DNA of 32,000 nt from positions 2,880,001 to 2,912,000 of the forward strand of contig CP091279.1 of assembly GCA_021650915.1 (NCBI GenBank), in the 5' to 3' direction. Positions within the stretch are counted from its first letter, which is position 1. The number at the start of each line of letters is the position of its first letter. Source of the DNA: Candidatus Brocadia sp. (GTDB lineage: Bacteria > Planctomycetota > Brocadiia > Brocadiales > Brocadiaceae). The notes beneath the pieces were generated by a model. That model saw only the letters and a program-made list of their open reading frames with translations. It had not been told where the DNA came from and searched no databases. Below are positions 1 through 8,508 of the stretch, piece after piece. A program made the position numbers and the translations under genes.

Positions 1-1
1 T

Positions 2-1447
2 GTATCGGAGGCGAAGCCACTCAAAAACATCGCTCTCACCGATGTCGAACCACAACTTACCCCCATGGAAAAAAATACGGAGGTCCATATCAAGGTTACC
101 ATTGCCAATTTTTCTCCGGCGCCAGTAAAGGATCTTCCGGTACACGTGTTTCTTAACGGGAAAAAATCAACGCAGGGTTTTTTCCATATTGAAACCAATA
201 CATCGGAAACAAAGGAATTTTTCCTTACTGCGGAAAAAGGGAAAGATCATTACGGTTGGGTTGAAATTCCGGGAGACAACTTATCGGTTGACAACAAACG
301 ATATTTCACGATCAATGCATCACAGACCATTAACGTCCTTCTGATTGACGGCGACCCCAAGACGAATATTTATGAAAGTGAAACCTTTTATCTGGAGAAG
401 GCATTAAACCCTGGGCGCGAACACCTGTCTTCCATAAATTCTTCCCTCTGCTCCATTCATGAAATCAACACCATAACCTTTGCCGATTTCAATATTGTCT
501 TTTTATGTAATGTGGAAACGTTACCGCAAGAAAAAATTCAAGAGCTTGAAAAGTTTGTGCAAGAGGGAGGAGCGGTTATCTTTACCCTTGGTAACAAGAT
601 TGACCCCGAGTACTACAATAATGCATTGGGCGCCCTCCTCCCGCATCGCCTCCACACGACAAGAACTTTTTCCAGCGCTAGCCCTCTATCCGGGGAACAA
701 CCGCTTCATTTAAAGGTCACTGAATCCGTACACCCCGTTCTCCGTATCCTTTCAGAAGCACAGATAAATATGTTGTCATTGGCAAAGTTTTACCGGGTGT
801 TTTATGTTGATCCAACTCCCCTGGGAAATTGCAAGACCATCTGCTCCTTCTCTAATGATACCCCGGCGCTTATTGAACGACAAGTCGGACGGGGAAAGTC
901 CGTGCTCTTTACCGCATCCATCGATAGAGACTGGACGGATTTTCCCGTAAAATCTTTTTTTCTTCCAGTTATGCAACAATTGTGCAGATATGTAACCGGA
1001 AGTATGTCAGAAGAAATACCGAAGGAGATTCTGGTGAAACATGCCTGGCAATATCCCTGCCCTTACGATATGAACGTCATAGAAATAACCAATCCAGAGG
1101 GCACGAAAACCATCATACCACCACAATTCGTTGATAATGAAAAATATTTTGTATACAAAGAAACACAGGCACCGGGGATATATGCGGTTACCGTCAACGA
1201 AACGTTGCATCCACAATTTCCCGCATACTTCCCTGTGAATGTAGACGCTACGGAATCAAACCTGGCTAAAATAGACCAAAATGAAATTAGGGCATGTATG
1301 GGTGGCACACAACTTAGCATAACAACCTCTCGCCTGGAAAAAGAATCTCATGTGCTTTTGGGAGAAGCAACGAAGACTCTTTGGGGACAGCTCCTGCTTC
1401 TTACCTTTTGTATCCTCTTTATCGAATCTTTTATTTCAAGAAAATAA
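2..1447 (+). CDS. C-terminal part of a large membrane-anchored hypothetical protein (BatA / N-terminal double-TM family-like, GATase1/ThuA-like middle region); 5' end lies outside the window
   Basis: Frame 2 is open from base 2 (VSEAKPLKNIALTDVEPQLTP precedes the listed Met at 65), so the ORF is cut by the window edge. LLIDGDPKTNIYESETFYLEKALNP and FNIVFLCNVETLPQEKIQELEKFVQEGGAVIFTLG resemble the amidotransferase-like module of BatA-type proteins. It ends in a hydrophobic helix (LWGQLLLLTFCILFIESFI). Confidence 0.6.
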   Translation, partial: VSEAKPLKNIALTDVEPQLTPMEKNTEVHIKVTIANFSPAPVKDLPVHVFLNGKKSTQGFFHIETNTSETKEFFLTAEKGKDHYGWVEIPGDNLSVDNKRYFTINASQTINVLLIDGDPKTNIYESETFYLEKALNPGREHLSSINSSLCSIHEINTITFADFNIVFLCNVETLPQEKIQELEKFVQEGGAVIFTLGNKIDPEYYNNALGALLPHRLHTTRTFSSASPLSGEQPLHLKVTESVHPVLRILSEAQINMLSLAKFYRVFYVDPTPLGNCKTICSFSNDTPALIERQVGRGKSVLFTASIDRDWTDFPVKSFFLPVMQQLCRYVTGSMSEEIPKEILVKHAWQYPCPYDMNVIEITNPEGTKTIIPPQFVDNEKYFVYKETQAPGIYAVTVNETLHPQFPAYFPVNVDATESNLAKIDQNEIRACMGGTQLSITTSRLEKESHVLLGEATKTLWGQLLLLTFCILFIESFISRK

Positions 1448-1825
1448 CAATGTATAGTTTTTCACCGCTGCCGTTCAAAATCTATACACCATACGTACAA
1501 ATTATCAACGCACATGGCCTCACTTACAACAAAAGCCTCGTCTTAGATCTATCATAATTATTATCTTAGTAAAAAAACACCGACAAGCCCCGCACAAAGC
1601 AGCCTACTTTCACAGTCATATATTGCATCTTTTATATAACAAAACCATATATATGGTATTATCTAATAAAAACTGTGGCGTCATTTAAGATTATTTTTTT
1701 CGGACAAACAATATATTTTACGACTGGCACATTTCGTGCTTAATATCTCTAACGGTAAGTCGGTATTAAAGCACTGATAAACCAAAACAGAAATGCCGAA
1801 TTACCTCTCCTCCTATCCCTCCTTC

Positions 1826-1862
1826 TTGCTGGGATGTCTTCAAAATGATGACATCCCAGCAA
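1826..1862. repeat. Strong hairpin/palindrome about 45 bp beyond the parB stop (possible U-tract-less terminator or protein-binding site)
   Basis: ttgctgggatgtc (1826-1838) pairs perfectly with gacatcccagcaa (1850-1862). The 11-nt loop can pair further with one mismatch. There is no T-run on either strand. Confidence 0.4.
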
Positions 1863-1907
1863 AAGGTAGCCCAAAAACAGCAATACAAGGCCATAGCAAA
1901 CACATAA

Positions 1908-2774
1908 TCAAAGGGATATTCCCAAGGCATGTGCAATCCGGCTGAATTCATCACTGGAATGAAATGAAATCAAAATCTTCCCCTTGCCATTCCTTTCTTT
2001 TATTGTGACCTTGGTTCCGAAAAAACGACGGAAGCGGTCTTCAAGGTCTTCAATGTGCGGTGTTGACGCCTTTGCCGAAGCCAATTTCTTTGGCTTTGTC
2101 TGTTTTTTTCCCAGCGCTGCGATCTCCTCCACATCCCGAACCGACAGCCCGTCTTTCAGGATACGTTCGCAGAGATCCCGCTGTATCTCGCAATCACCCA
2201 CCGTAAGAATTGCCCGCGCATGTCCCATCGAGAGTGTTCCACGTGAAACATACTCCTGGATATCCTGTGGCAGATCCAGGAGACGGAGGTAGTTGGCAAC
2301 AGAACTGCGGTCTTTCCCCATTGCCTTTGCTACCTGCTCCTGCGTGAGGTCAAATTTGCTTATAAGCTCCCGAAACCCCTTTGCTTTTTCAATTGGATTG
2401 AGGTCTTCCCGTTGGATATTTTCAATAAGGGCGATCTCCAGGGTGTCTACCCCGTCTGACTGACGTACAATTGCGGGAATCTCCTTTAGTCCGAGTTGCC
2501 TGGCGGCACGCCAGCGCCGCTCTCCCGCTATGAGCATATAGCCATGCGAAAGCGGCTTCACGATAACAGGCTGGAGAATACCATGCTTCTTTATTGATGC
2601 CATCAGCCCCTGCATCTCATCTTCCTTGAAAAGATGCCGCGGCTGGTAATCACTGGGCTGAACGTCCTCAGGGTTAATCTTAATAATTACGTCCTGCCCT
2701 GCGTTGGCTTCTATTCCAATAACCCCCCCAAGGAGAGACTGCAGGCTACGACTGAGTTTTTCCTTTTTCGACAT
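1908..2774 (-). CDS. parB: Chromosome partitioning protein ParB (CTP-dependent parS-binding clamp)
   Basis: GERRWRAARQLGLKEIPAIV ParB box/CTPase motif, an HTH region (TQEQVAKAMGKDRSSVANYLRLL), and a typical length of 288 aa. AGGAG lies 6 nt upstream of the ATG at 2774. Confidence 0.95.
   Translation of the reverse strand: MSKKEKLSRSLQSLLGGVIGIEANAGQDVIIKINPEDVQPSDYQPRHLFKEDEMQGLMASIKKHGILQPVIVKPLSHGYMLIAGERRWRAARQLGLKEIPAIVRQSDGVDTLEIALIENIQREDLNPIEKAKGFRELISKFDLTQEQVAKAMGKDRSSVANYLRLLDLPQDIQEYVSRGTLSMGHARAILTVGDCEIQRDLCERILKDGLSVRDVEEIAALGKKQTKPKKLASAKASTPHIEDLEDRFRRFFGTKVTIKERNGKGKILISFHSSDEFSRIAHALGISL
2235..2250. promoter_or_regulatory. parS centromere-like site inside the parB coding sequence
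   Basis: TGTTCCACGTGAAACA matches the TGTTNCACGTGNAACA parS consensus at every specified position. It codes for YVSRGT of ParB on the minus strand. Confidence 0.8.
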
Positions 2775-2853
2775 CGCATGGCTCCTGTCTTAATTTTTCG
2801 TTGCATTTCTGCAATGGGAATGCTAGGATTAAAATGATTTTCCCAACAATCGC

Positions 2854-2869
2854 TGTTCCACGTGGAACA
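2854..2869. promoter_or_regulatory. parS-like perfect 16-bp palindrome in the parB / ABC-2 permease divergent promoter region
   Basis: TGTTCCACGTGGAACA is a perfect palindrome matching the parS consensus, located 80 bp upstream of the parB start codon. Confidence 0.7.
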
Positions 2870-2920
2870 TTCATTTTTTGTCATAGTGTATGATTTTTTT
2901 TTGAATTTGCAAGCGTTTTT

Positions 2921-3724
2921 ATGAATCGCGGCATCGTCACCATTGCGGGAAATACCGCACGAGATGTTATGAGGCAAGGTTTCTTTTGCCTGATTACCGG
3001 CGGCGGAATTGCCTTGCTCCTCTGCTCTCTCTTCTTTACCCTCTTCGCTTTTGGAGAGGAATCAAAAATGATACAGGAGATGGGCTTATCGACGATTACG
3101 ATATGCTGCCTGTCTCTTGCGGCGCTGAGCGCCACCAATACGATATCCAGGGAGATCGAGAAAGGCACCATTATGATGTTGCTCTCCAAACCGGTCGATA
3201 AACGTTCGGTCATCCTGGGAAAATTTTTTGGAATACTGGCCGTAGTATCGTCGGTCTTTCTTGCAATGGGTATCCTTCTAACCGGGTTTTTGTGGATCAG
3301 GGAATCGCTTCATCCTTCTGCCGGTCTGCGCTCATCATTTGCGCTGACTGGCCACACAACGGTCGTTCGGCTCGCCTTTTCCTTTCTATCCATTGCTATC
3401 ATGTGTGCTGTTGCTACCGCCTTCTCTGTCTATCTGGGAATGATGTCCAATCTGTGCTGTTGTATGGCGATATACATCCTTGGAAATCTGACGAGTTTCT
3501 TTCATGGCCTTTTTCCTGCCACAGCAATTTGGACAAGGTGGTATCTGGCTTTTGCGTTTGTTTTTTTCCCAAACCTCGAGGATTTCAACACCATTGGGAT
3601 GGGCAGCAGGGGTGAATCCCTGAATAGTTTTTTTGCACCAGCGTTGCTGCTCTATGCCATTTTGTATATTACAATGGTCATCACGTTAGCCATTAAATTT
3701 TTTAATAATAAAGAATGCCGTTAG
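2921..3724 (+). CDS. Polytopic membrane protein, ABC-2-type transporter permease-like (no ATPase gene adjacent)
   Basis: About six hydrophobic helices. The N-terminal pattern (NTARDVMRQGFF..., ISREIEKGTIMMLLSKPVDKRSVILGKFFG) is typical of ABC2_membrane (NosY/GldF-like) permeases. Confidence 0.5.
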   Translation: MNRGIVTIAGNTARDVMRQGFFCLITGGGIALLLCSLFFTLFAFGEESKMIQEMGLSTITICCLSLAALSATNTISREIEKGTIMMLLSKPVDKRSVILGKFFGILAVVSSVFLAMGILLTGFLWIRESLHPSAGLRSSFALTGHTTVVRLAFSFLSIAIMCAVATAFSVYLGMMSNLCCCMAIYILGNLTSFFHGLFPATAIWTRWYLAFAFVFFPNLEDFNTIGMGSRGESLNSFFAPALLLYAILYITMVITLAIKFFNNKECR

Positions 3725-3755
3725 TCGATCAATCTTTGTTCTATGAAAGGACGCA

Positions 3756-4478
3756 TTGTTGAGGTATGGTGTAATTGGAGATGTCCATAGCAACTATGAG
3801 GCATTAACGGCAGTTGTTAAAGAATTACAGGCAGAGCGGGTCGATAAAGTATTATGCACGGGCGATATTATCGGTTATGCAGCAGAGCCCATACCGTGCA
3901 TAGAAATTGTACGCGATCTGTGCTGTGCGATCGTAGCGGGAAACCATGACTATGCAGCGGTGGAAAAGTTTCCTTCAGCATATTTTCATGCCGATGCCAG
4001 GAATGCTATTATCTGGACGGCGCATCAGCTTACCAATGAGCATGTTGAATTCCTGAAACAACTGCCTTTGGTTGAAGAAGTGAATGACATCACCCTCGTG
4101 CATGCATCCTTAAACCGTCCGGAATTTTTTGATTATATCACCACCGGGGCAGAGGCACAGTTAAATTTAGACCTCCTAAAAACGCGGATCTGTTTTTATG
4201 GACATTCCCATGTGCCATTGGCGATCTTTTTAACAAAGGGAAACCTGCATGTAGATCAGGGAACAACCTTTGATTTACGCAATGCAGATAAAGCGCTTAT
4301 CAATGTTGGGAGCGTAGGGCAGCCGCGTGACTGGGATATCAGGGCGTCGTATGCGATTTACGACGAAAAAGAAAAGATTGTGCAAATTAAACGTGTTAAA
4401 TACAATATCCAGGATACCGTCAACAAGATCTACAAGGCTGGGCTTCCTGAAGTAAATGCTTTGCGTCTAATGGGTTAG
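3756..4478 (+). CDS. Metallophosphoesterase (calcineurin-like phosphoesterase family)
   Basis: The ordered motifs GDVHSN, GDIIGY, GNHD, LVHAS and GHSH are present. TTG start with GAAAGG upstream, 32 bp after the permease gene. Confidence 0.8.
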   Translation: MLRYGVIGDVHSNYEALTAVVKELQAERVDKVLCTGDIIGYAAEPIPCIEIVRDLCCAIVAGNHDYAAVEKFPSAYFHADARNAIIWTAHQLTNEHVEFLKQLPLVEEVNDITLVHASLNRPEFFDYITTGAEAQLNLDLLKTRICFYGHSHVPLAIFLTKGNLHVDQGTTFDLRNADKALINVGSVGQPRDWDIRASYAIYDEKEKIVQIKRVKYNIQDTVNKIYKAGLPEVNALRLMG

Positions 4479-4559
4479 ACTGGGCACTGACACTTCATTC
4501 TTTTTTTACCTGCGGTTGAATCTTACTTCTTTTTTGGGCAAAGCCTTGCCGTCATTTTT

Positions 4560-6140
4560 TCAGAAACGGACTAAATAGGCCGCCTCGATATGGTCAATTT
4601 TTCCAATCTCGAGAAGGCATTCCTTGGGTATTTGTGCATCTACATTAACGATCGTTATGGCATTGCCTCCCGTTTCCTTCCGGCCGAATGTCATGTGGGC
4701 AATATTAATGTCTTTGTTGCCGAGCACGCGCCCGATATTTCCAATTAATCCAGGCTTATCTTTCCCGAAGAGGACGAGCATATATTTATCAATTACCGCC
4801 TCTACCCCATAGCCATTGATGTCCACAATCCTCGGTTCGTTTTTACCAAAGACCGTTCCGGAGATCGCCGTTTTACCCTGTGAGGTAGTTATTTTTGCCG
4901 TAAGGAGGCTGGTAAAATCACTAGCGCCGCTGCTGGTGGTGATGTTCGTCTTGATGCCGCGTTCCGCAATAAGATGAGGCGCACTAACCAGATTTACGCC
5001 ATCTTCAAGGGCAGGCTTGAGTAATCCAACCATGAGGCTGTCCGTAACGAGGCAAATATTTTTCTTTGTGATTTCCCCCGTGTAAATAATATCGACTTCA
5101 CTGATTCCGCCAACGGCAAGCTGAGAAAGAAGCAACCCCATTCTTTCTGCCAGGAGGATATAGGGCTTCAGGGCATTGTATTCTTCAATATTATAGGGCG
5201 GAAGGTTGACTGCATTCCGAAAACCCTTCCCGGTAAGCGCGTCAGCCATCTGCTCTGCAGCTTCTATCGCAACCGCAACCTGAGCCTCTTCAGTAGATGC
5301 ACCCAGGTGAGGCGTTGTAATAACCTGGTCGAGCTCAAGAAGCTTGTTGCCAACGGGCGGTTCCACGTCAAAAACATCTATGGCTGCCCCTGCAACCTGA
5401 CCGTTCTTGATCGCCTGGTACAGGTCTTCTTCTGAAATAATGCCGCCCCGGGCGCAATTGATAATACGAACACCGGGCTTCATGATCGGAAATTCATTGC
5501 GGGTAATCAGGTTTTTTGTCTCGCTGTTAAAGGGGACATGAATCGTGATATAATCTGCCTGCGAGAGTAATTCTTTGAGATTCTTTGCAATCTGGATGCT
5601 GTATTGGGCAGTCACTTCCGGCGATATGAAAGGGTCGTAGCCAACGACCTTCATCTCTAAGGCTGCCGCACGTTTTGCAACTTGCCTTCCCACCCTTCCC
5701 AGCCCAATGATGCCAAGGGTCTTTCCGGTAATTTGAATACCGGTAAACTTCTTTCTCTCCCACTTGCCCGCTTTTACCGATGCACATGCCTGCGGAACAA
5801 AACGTGAAAGGGAAAAAAGCAAGGCAACCGTATGTTCAGCCGTGGATATGATATTTCCTTCAGGTGTGTTCATGACGACGATACCTTTTTTCGTGGCAGC
5901 TGGCACATCGACATTGTCAACCCCTACTCCTGCCCGGCAAACCGCTTTTAGCCTGTCAGCCCCTTCCAGGAGGGATGCCGTAATTTTCGTTCCGCTTCGC
6001 AGGATAATCCCATCACAGGAAGCAATTATGGCTTTTAGCTCATCGGCCTTTACTCCCGGCTTATTCACCACCGTAAGGCCGGCCTTTTCCAGTATTTCAA
6101 TACAGATATCGGGAAGTTCGTCAGCAATTAAAACCTGCAT
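4560..6140 (-). CDS. serA: D-3-phosphoglycerate dehydrogenase, long form with ASB and ACT domains
   Basis: NAD-binding GIIGLGRVGRQVA, catalytic RGG...TPHLGAST, and a C-terminal ACT-like region. The listed ORF starts at 6170. The ATG at 6140 (MQVLIADELPD, preceded by AAGAAAGGG) fits the usual SerA N-terminus better. Confidence 0.93.
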   Translation of the reverse strand: MQVLIADELPDICIEILEKAGLTVVNKPGVKADELKAIIASCDGIILRSGTKITASLLEGADRLKAVCRAGVGVDNVDVPAATKKGIVVMNTPEGNIISTAEHTVALLFSLSRFVPQACASVKAGKWERKKFTGIQITGKTLGIIGLGRVGRQVAKRAAALEMKVVGYDPFISPEVTAQYSIQIAKNLKELLSQADYITIHVPFNSETKNLITRNEFPIMKPGVRIINCARGGIISEEDLYQAIKNGQVAGAAIDVFDVEPPVGNKLLELDQVITTPHLGASTEEAQVAVAIEAAEQMADALTGKGFRNAVNLPPYNIEEYNALKPYILLAERMGLLLSQLAVGGISEVDIIYTGEITKKNICLVTDSLMVGLLKPALEDGVNLVSAPHLIAERGIKTNITTSSGASDFTSLLTAKITTSQGKTAISGTVFGKNEPRIVDINGYGVEAVIDKYMLVLFGKDKPGLIGNIGRVLGNKDINIAHMTFGRKETGGNAITIVNVDAQIPKECLLEIGKIDHIEAAYLVRF

Positions 6141-6235
6141 AGCACCCTTTCTTAAAACGGATATTTTCAAAATTTATCGTGAGAAAGTAATTATTGGCTG
6201 CAATAATAAAGCGCGTAATGCCTCACTTAAAAGTT

Positions 6236-6390
6236 TTGTAACACTTTAGTTTTTTGAAAAATTACAATAATAACAATGTCACCGCACGGTGTAAGGGCGA
6301 AGCATTTGCCATAAATTGGCATAAATGTATTCACACCCCAAGCCGGCAAATGCTTCGCCCCTACTTTTTCAAAAAACTAAAGTGTTACAA
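6236..6390. mobile_element. MITE-like nested-palindrome repeat, copy 1 (155 bp, no coding capacity)
   Basis: Perfect 26-bp terminal inverted repeats: ttgtaacactttagttttttgaaaaa (6236-6261) and tttttcaaaaaactaaagtgttacaa (6365-6390). An inner 16-bp inverted repeat is gggcgaagcatttgcc (6295-6310) with ggcaaatgcttcgccc (6345-6360). The first ~50 bp are homologous to the element at 16558. If the element is trimmed to 6237-6389, aagttt flanks both ends (6231-6236 and 6390-6395). Confidence 0.6.
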
Positions 6391-6537
6391 AGTTTTTTAT
6401 AATATCCGTTTTTTCTGAAAAAATCAAACTCAAAGTCTCTCTTGTTAAAATCAGATAAATATTTGCGATATGCGCGATTTTTTGCTAAACTACCTTCCAT
6501 TCTTTAGAACGATACCTTTTTCGATGGAGCACAATTC

Positions 6538-7614
6538 ATGAGAGGCATACTTTTCATTACATTGAGCGCATGCATACTCTTTGGTTTATTCGGAATAAAG
6601 AATGCCGAAAGCCAAAGTGACGGGCAGCAGGTTATGAAGGAATTGGATGATTTTCAAAAGGCCCTCTCCGGCTGGATGAAAGGTCTCGATACCCTGGGGT
6701 CGCAATTTGCGGCCATGCAGAAAAGTGTCGGCGATAGCTTAACCCCTTTAAAAGAATTAGAGAAGACCTTCAAAGGGAACGAAGAAAAATTGAATTCCAT
6801 TGTTTCAAGGCTGGAAGGGATAGAGAAATCCTCATCGGCTTCGGGCGTCAAAGAGTTGCTGGATTCTTTTGGCAAGACCCTTGATATCATCAAAAAACTC
6901 TTGTCGGATCTGACGAAACGGGTTGAGGATCAGGAGGTAAAAACAGCGGTGCTCGAGAAAAGATACCAGGAGGCGCAAAGACCTTTGGACCCCATTAAAA
7001 AAGCCATTGAGGATCTTAATAAATTAGTAACAGATAAATTGGGTGAACAGGAAAAAAGAATCGCATCGGCAGAAGGCAGCATCAAGACACGAATGACAGA
7101 CTTAGACGCCGTCATGAAATCGTTTGTTGGGCAATCGAAGACTATTTCTGACCTGGAAATGAGGCTGAAAAAAATAGAAAAAGGCGGCGTCGTTGTTGCA
7201 GGGACTGGGACGGTGGGGACGGCGCTAGCCAAGCCGACGCCTGCGGGCACAGAAACGGTAAAAGTCGCCGTGGGCACGGAAACGGTAGAAGCGGTCAAAG
7301 AACGTGTTGTCACGCCGGAAGAAGAGGGTTTTAAGGAGTTAGGTGATGGATTTTATATTCGAAATGTGGCACTCTCTCTCTTTGGGTCGTCCTCGCAGAT
7401 TACAGGAGAAATCAAGAATTTCTCGGACAGGGACTGGAGTATTGCCTCATTTGCCATCAGGGTATACAATACCGCAGAGTCACTGTTATTTACGCAGGAT
7501 TTTTCCATTAAGACATTCAAGCAGGGCGAGGTCAGGAGTTTCAATGAAATAATTTCCGGTTATACACCGTTGGAGATTGCACGGTACGAAATTATTACCA
7601 AGAGGAGATATTAA
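6538..7614 (+). CDS. Exported coiled-coil protein with Gly/Thr/Val-rich linker and C-terminal beta-rich domain; function unknown
   Basis: Signal peptide MRGILFITLSACILFGLFGIKNAES, then about 190 aa of heptad-like charged sequence. The linker contains a 27-bp tandem duplication (7245-7271 and 7272-7298, GTETVKVAV/GTETVEAVK). The C-terminal ~90 aa alternate hydrophobic and polar residues (ITGEIKNFSDRDWSIASFAIRVYN), loosely FxLYD-like. Confidence 0.75.
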   Translation: MRGILFITLSACILFGLFGIKNAESQSDGQQVMKELDDFQKALSGWMKGLDTLGSQFAAMQKSVGDSLTPLKELEKTFKGNEEKLNSIVSRLEGIEKSSSASGVKELLDSFGKTLDIIKKLLSDLTKRVEDQEVKTAVLEKRYQEAQRPLDPIKKAIEDLNKLVTDKLGEQEKRIASAEGSIKTRMTDLDAVMKSFVGQSKTISDLEMRLKKIEKGGVVVAGTGTVGTALAKPTPAGTETVKVAVGTETVEAVKERVVTPEEEGFKELGDGFYIRNVALSLFGSSSQITGEIKNFSDRDWSIASFAIRVYNTAESLLFTQDFSIKTFKQGEVRSFNEIISGYTPLEIARYEIITKRRY

Positions 7615-7617
7615 AAA

Positions 7618-8418
7618 TTGCTTATGAAAAAAGGATTCGCAATGCTTTGCATGATAAGTTTTTTGAGTATTTCTTCATTAAGCAAGGCAATAGCCGCGGA
7701 AGAAAAGCACGCCGATATGGTACTGGTTCCTGCGGGTGAATTTACGATGGGTGACAATACCCGATACAATTGGTATTTTATGCTGGCCTATAATATTTAC
7801 GATGGGCCTGAACATACGATCTATCTGGATGCCTTTTTTATCGATAAATATGAAGTTACGAATGAACAATATAAAAAGTTCGTGGAAGAAACAGGCTATC
7901 GCATACCGCGTTGCTGGAATGATGCCAGGTTCAATCGCCCGAATCAGCCCGTTGTCGGAGTTACCTGGGAAGATGCAGCAGCATATGCACAATGGGCTGG
8001 GAAACGATTGCCAACCGAGGCGGAATGGGAAAAGGCGGCGCGCGGCACGGACAAACGTTTGTGGCCATGGGGTAATAAATTTGATAAAATGAAATGCAAT
8101 GTGTGGGAATCCAGCGAATCCGGGCAAAGAGAAACAAAGCCTGTGGGAACATACGAAAATGGCAAAAGTCCTTATGGCTGCTATGATATGGCGGGAAATG
8201 TCTGGGAATGGTGTGCCGATTACTATGACCAGAATTATTATTCCGTCTCCCCGAGAAAAAATCCCCCCGGCCCTGCAAATGGTTTTCAAAGAGTTATGCG
8301 TGGCGGCGGTCTTCTTTACTTTGGGCATTATGCACGTTGCGCTGCACGTTACCGCGCACCATGGTATGCACAAAGTCCTCAAGTCGGGTTTCGATGCGTA
8401 AAATCCGCTGAAAAATAG
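7618..8418 (+). CDS. Exported formylglycine-generating-enzyme (SUMF1/EgtB/PvdO) family protein
   Basis: VLVPAGEFTMG, FFIDKYEVTNEQYKKFV, PVVGVTWEDAAAYAQWAGKRLPTEAEWEKAARG, YDMAGNVWEWCADYY, RVMRGGG and VGFRCV are all present. Signal peptide ...SISSLSKAIAAEE. It starts 4 bp after the previous gene; an alternative ATG start lies at 7624. Confidence 0.9.
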   Translation: MLMKKGFAMLCMISFLSISSLSKAIAAEEKHADMVLVPAGEFTMGDNTRYNWYFMLAYNIYDGPEHTIYLDAFFIDKYEVTNEQYKKFVEETGYRIPRCWNDARFNRPNQPVVGVTWEDAAAYAQWAGKRLPTEAEWEKAARGTDKRLWPWGNKFDKMKCNVWESSESGQRETKPVGTYENGKSPYGCYDMAGNVWEWCADYYDQNYYSVSPRKNPPGPANGFQRVMRGGGLLYFGHYARCAARYRAPWYAQSPQVGFRCVKSAEK

Positions 8419-8508
8419 CTGCGCTGACTTCCCAATAAAAACAGGACGAGCGGCAGGCACACTCCCGAAAACACCGCACAAAATCCGCGTCCTTCTCCCC
8501 TGAAAAAA

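Noticed and set aside
1448-1907. Possible replication origin (AT-rich, next to parB/parS)
   Set aside because: I checked for DnaA-box-like 9-mers (TTATCCACA). The best candidate (ttatcaacg at 1502) has 2 mismatches and the others have 3 or more. There is no cluster and no adjacent dnaA or dnaN, so this is insufficient to call oriC.
1766-1954. 62-aa hydrophobic minus-strand ORF overlapping the parB 3' end by 47 nt
   Set aside because: There is no RBS. It overlaps parB out of frame, and its middle is encoded by the 1826-1862 palindrome, so the open frame is probably incidental. This is kept only as a remote possibility under the spacer finding.
4536-4560. Short hairpin ggcaa-agcc-ttgcc flanked by T-runs between the metallophosphoesterase and serA 3' ends
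   Set aside because: The stem is only 5 bp. The T-run geometry suits only the plus strand, and only weakly, so this is not strong enough to annotate as a terminator.
5764-6249. 161-aa plus-strand ORF antisense to the serA 5' region, extending into the MITE-like repeat
   Set aside because: It is a shadow of the serA frame. Its 3' end is simply the repeat terminus, and there is no RBS or recognisable domain.
7678-8481. 267-aa ORF on the minus strand, almost exactly antisense to the FGE-like gene
   Set aside because: The plus-strand frame carries unambiguous FGE-family motifs along its whole length. The antisense product is Cys/Arg/Phe/Ile-rich, matches no motif I recognise, and lacks an RBS. 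It is a typical shadow ORF.
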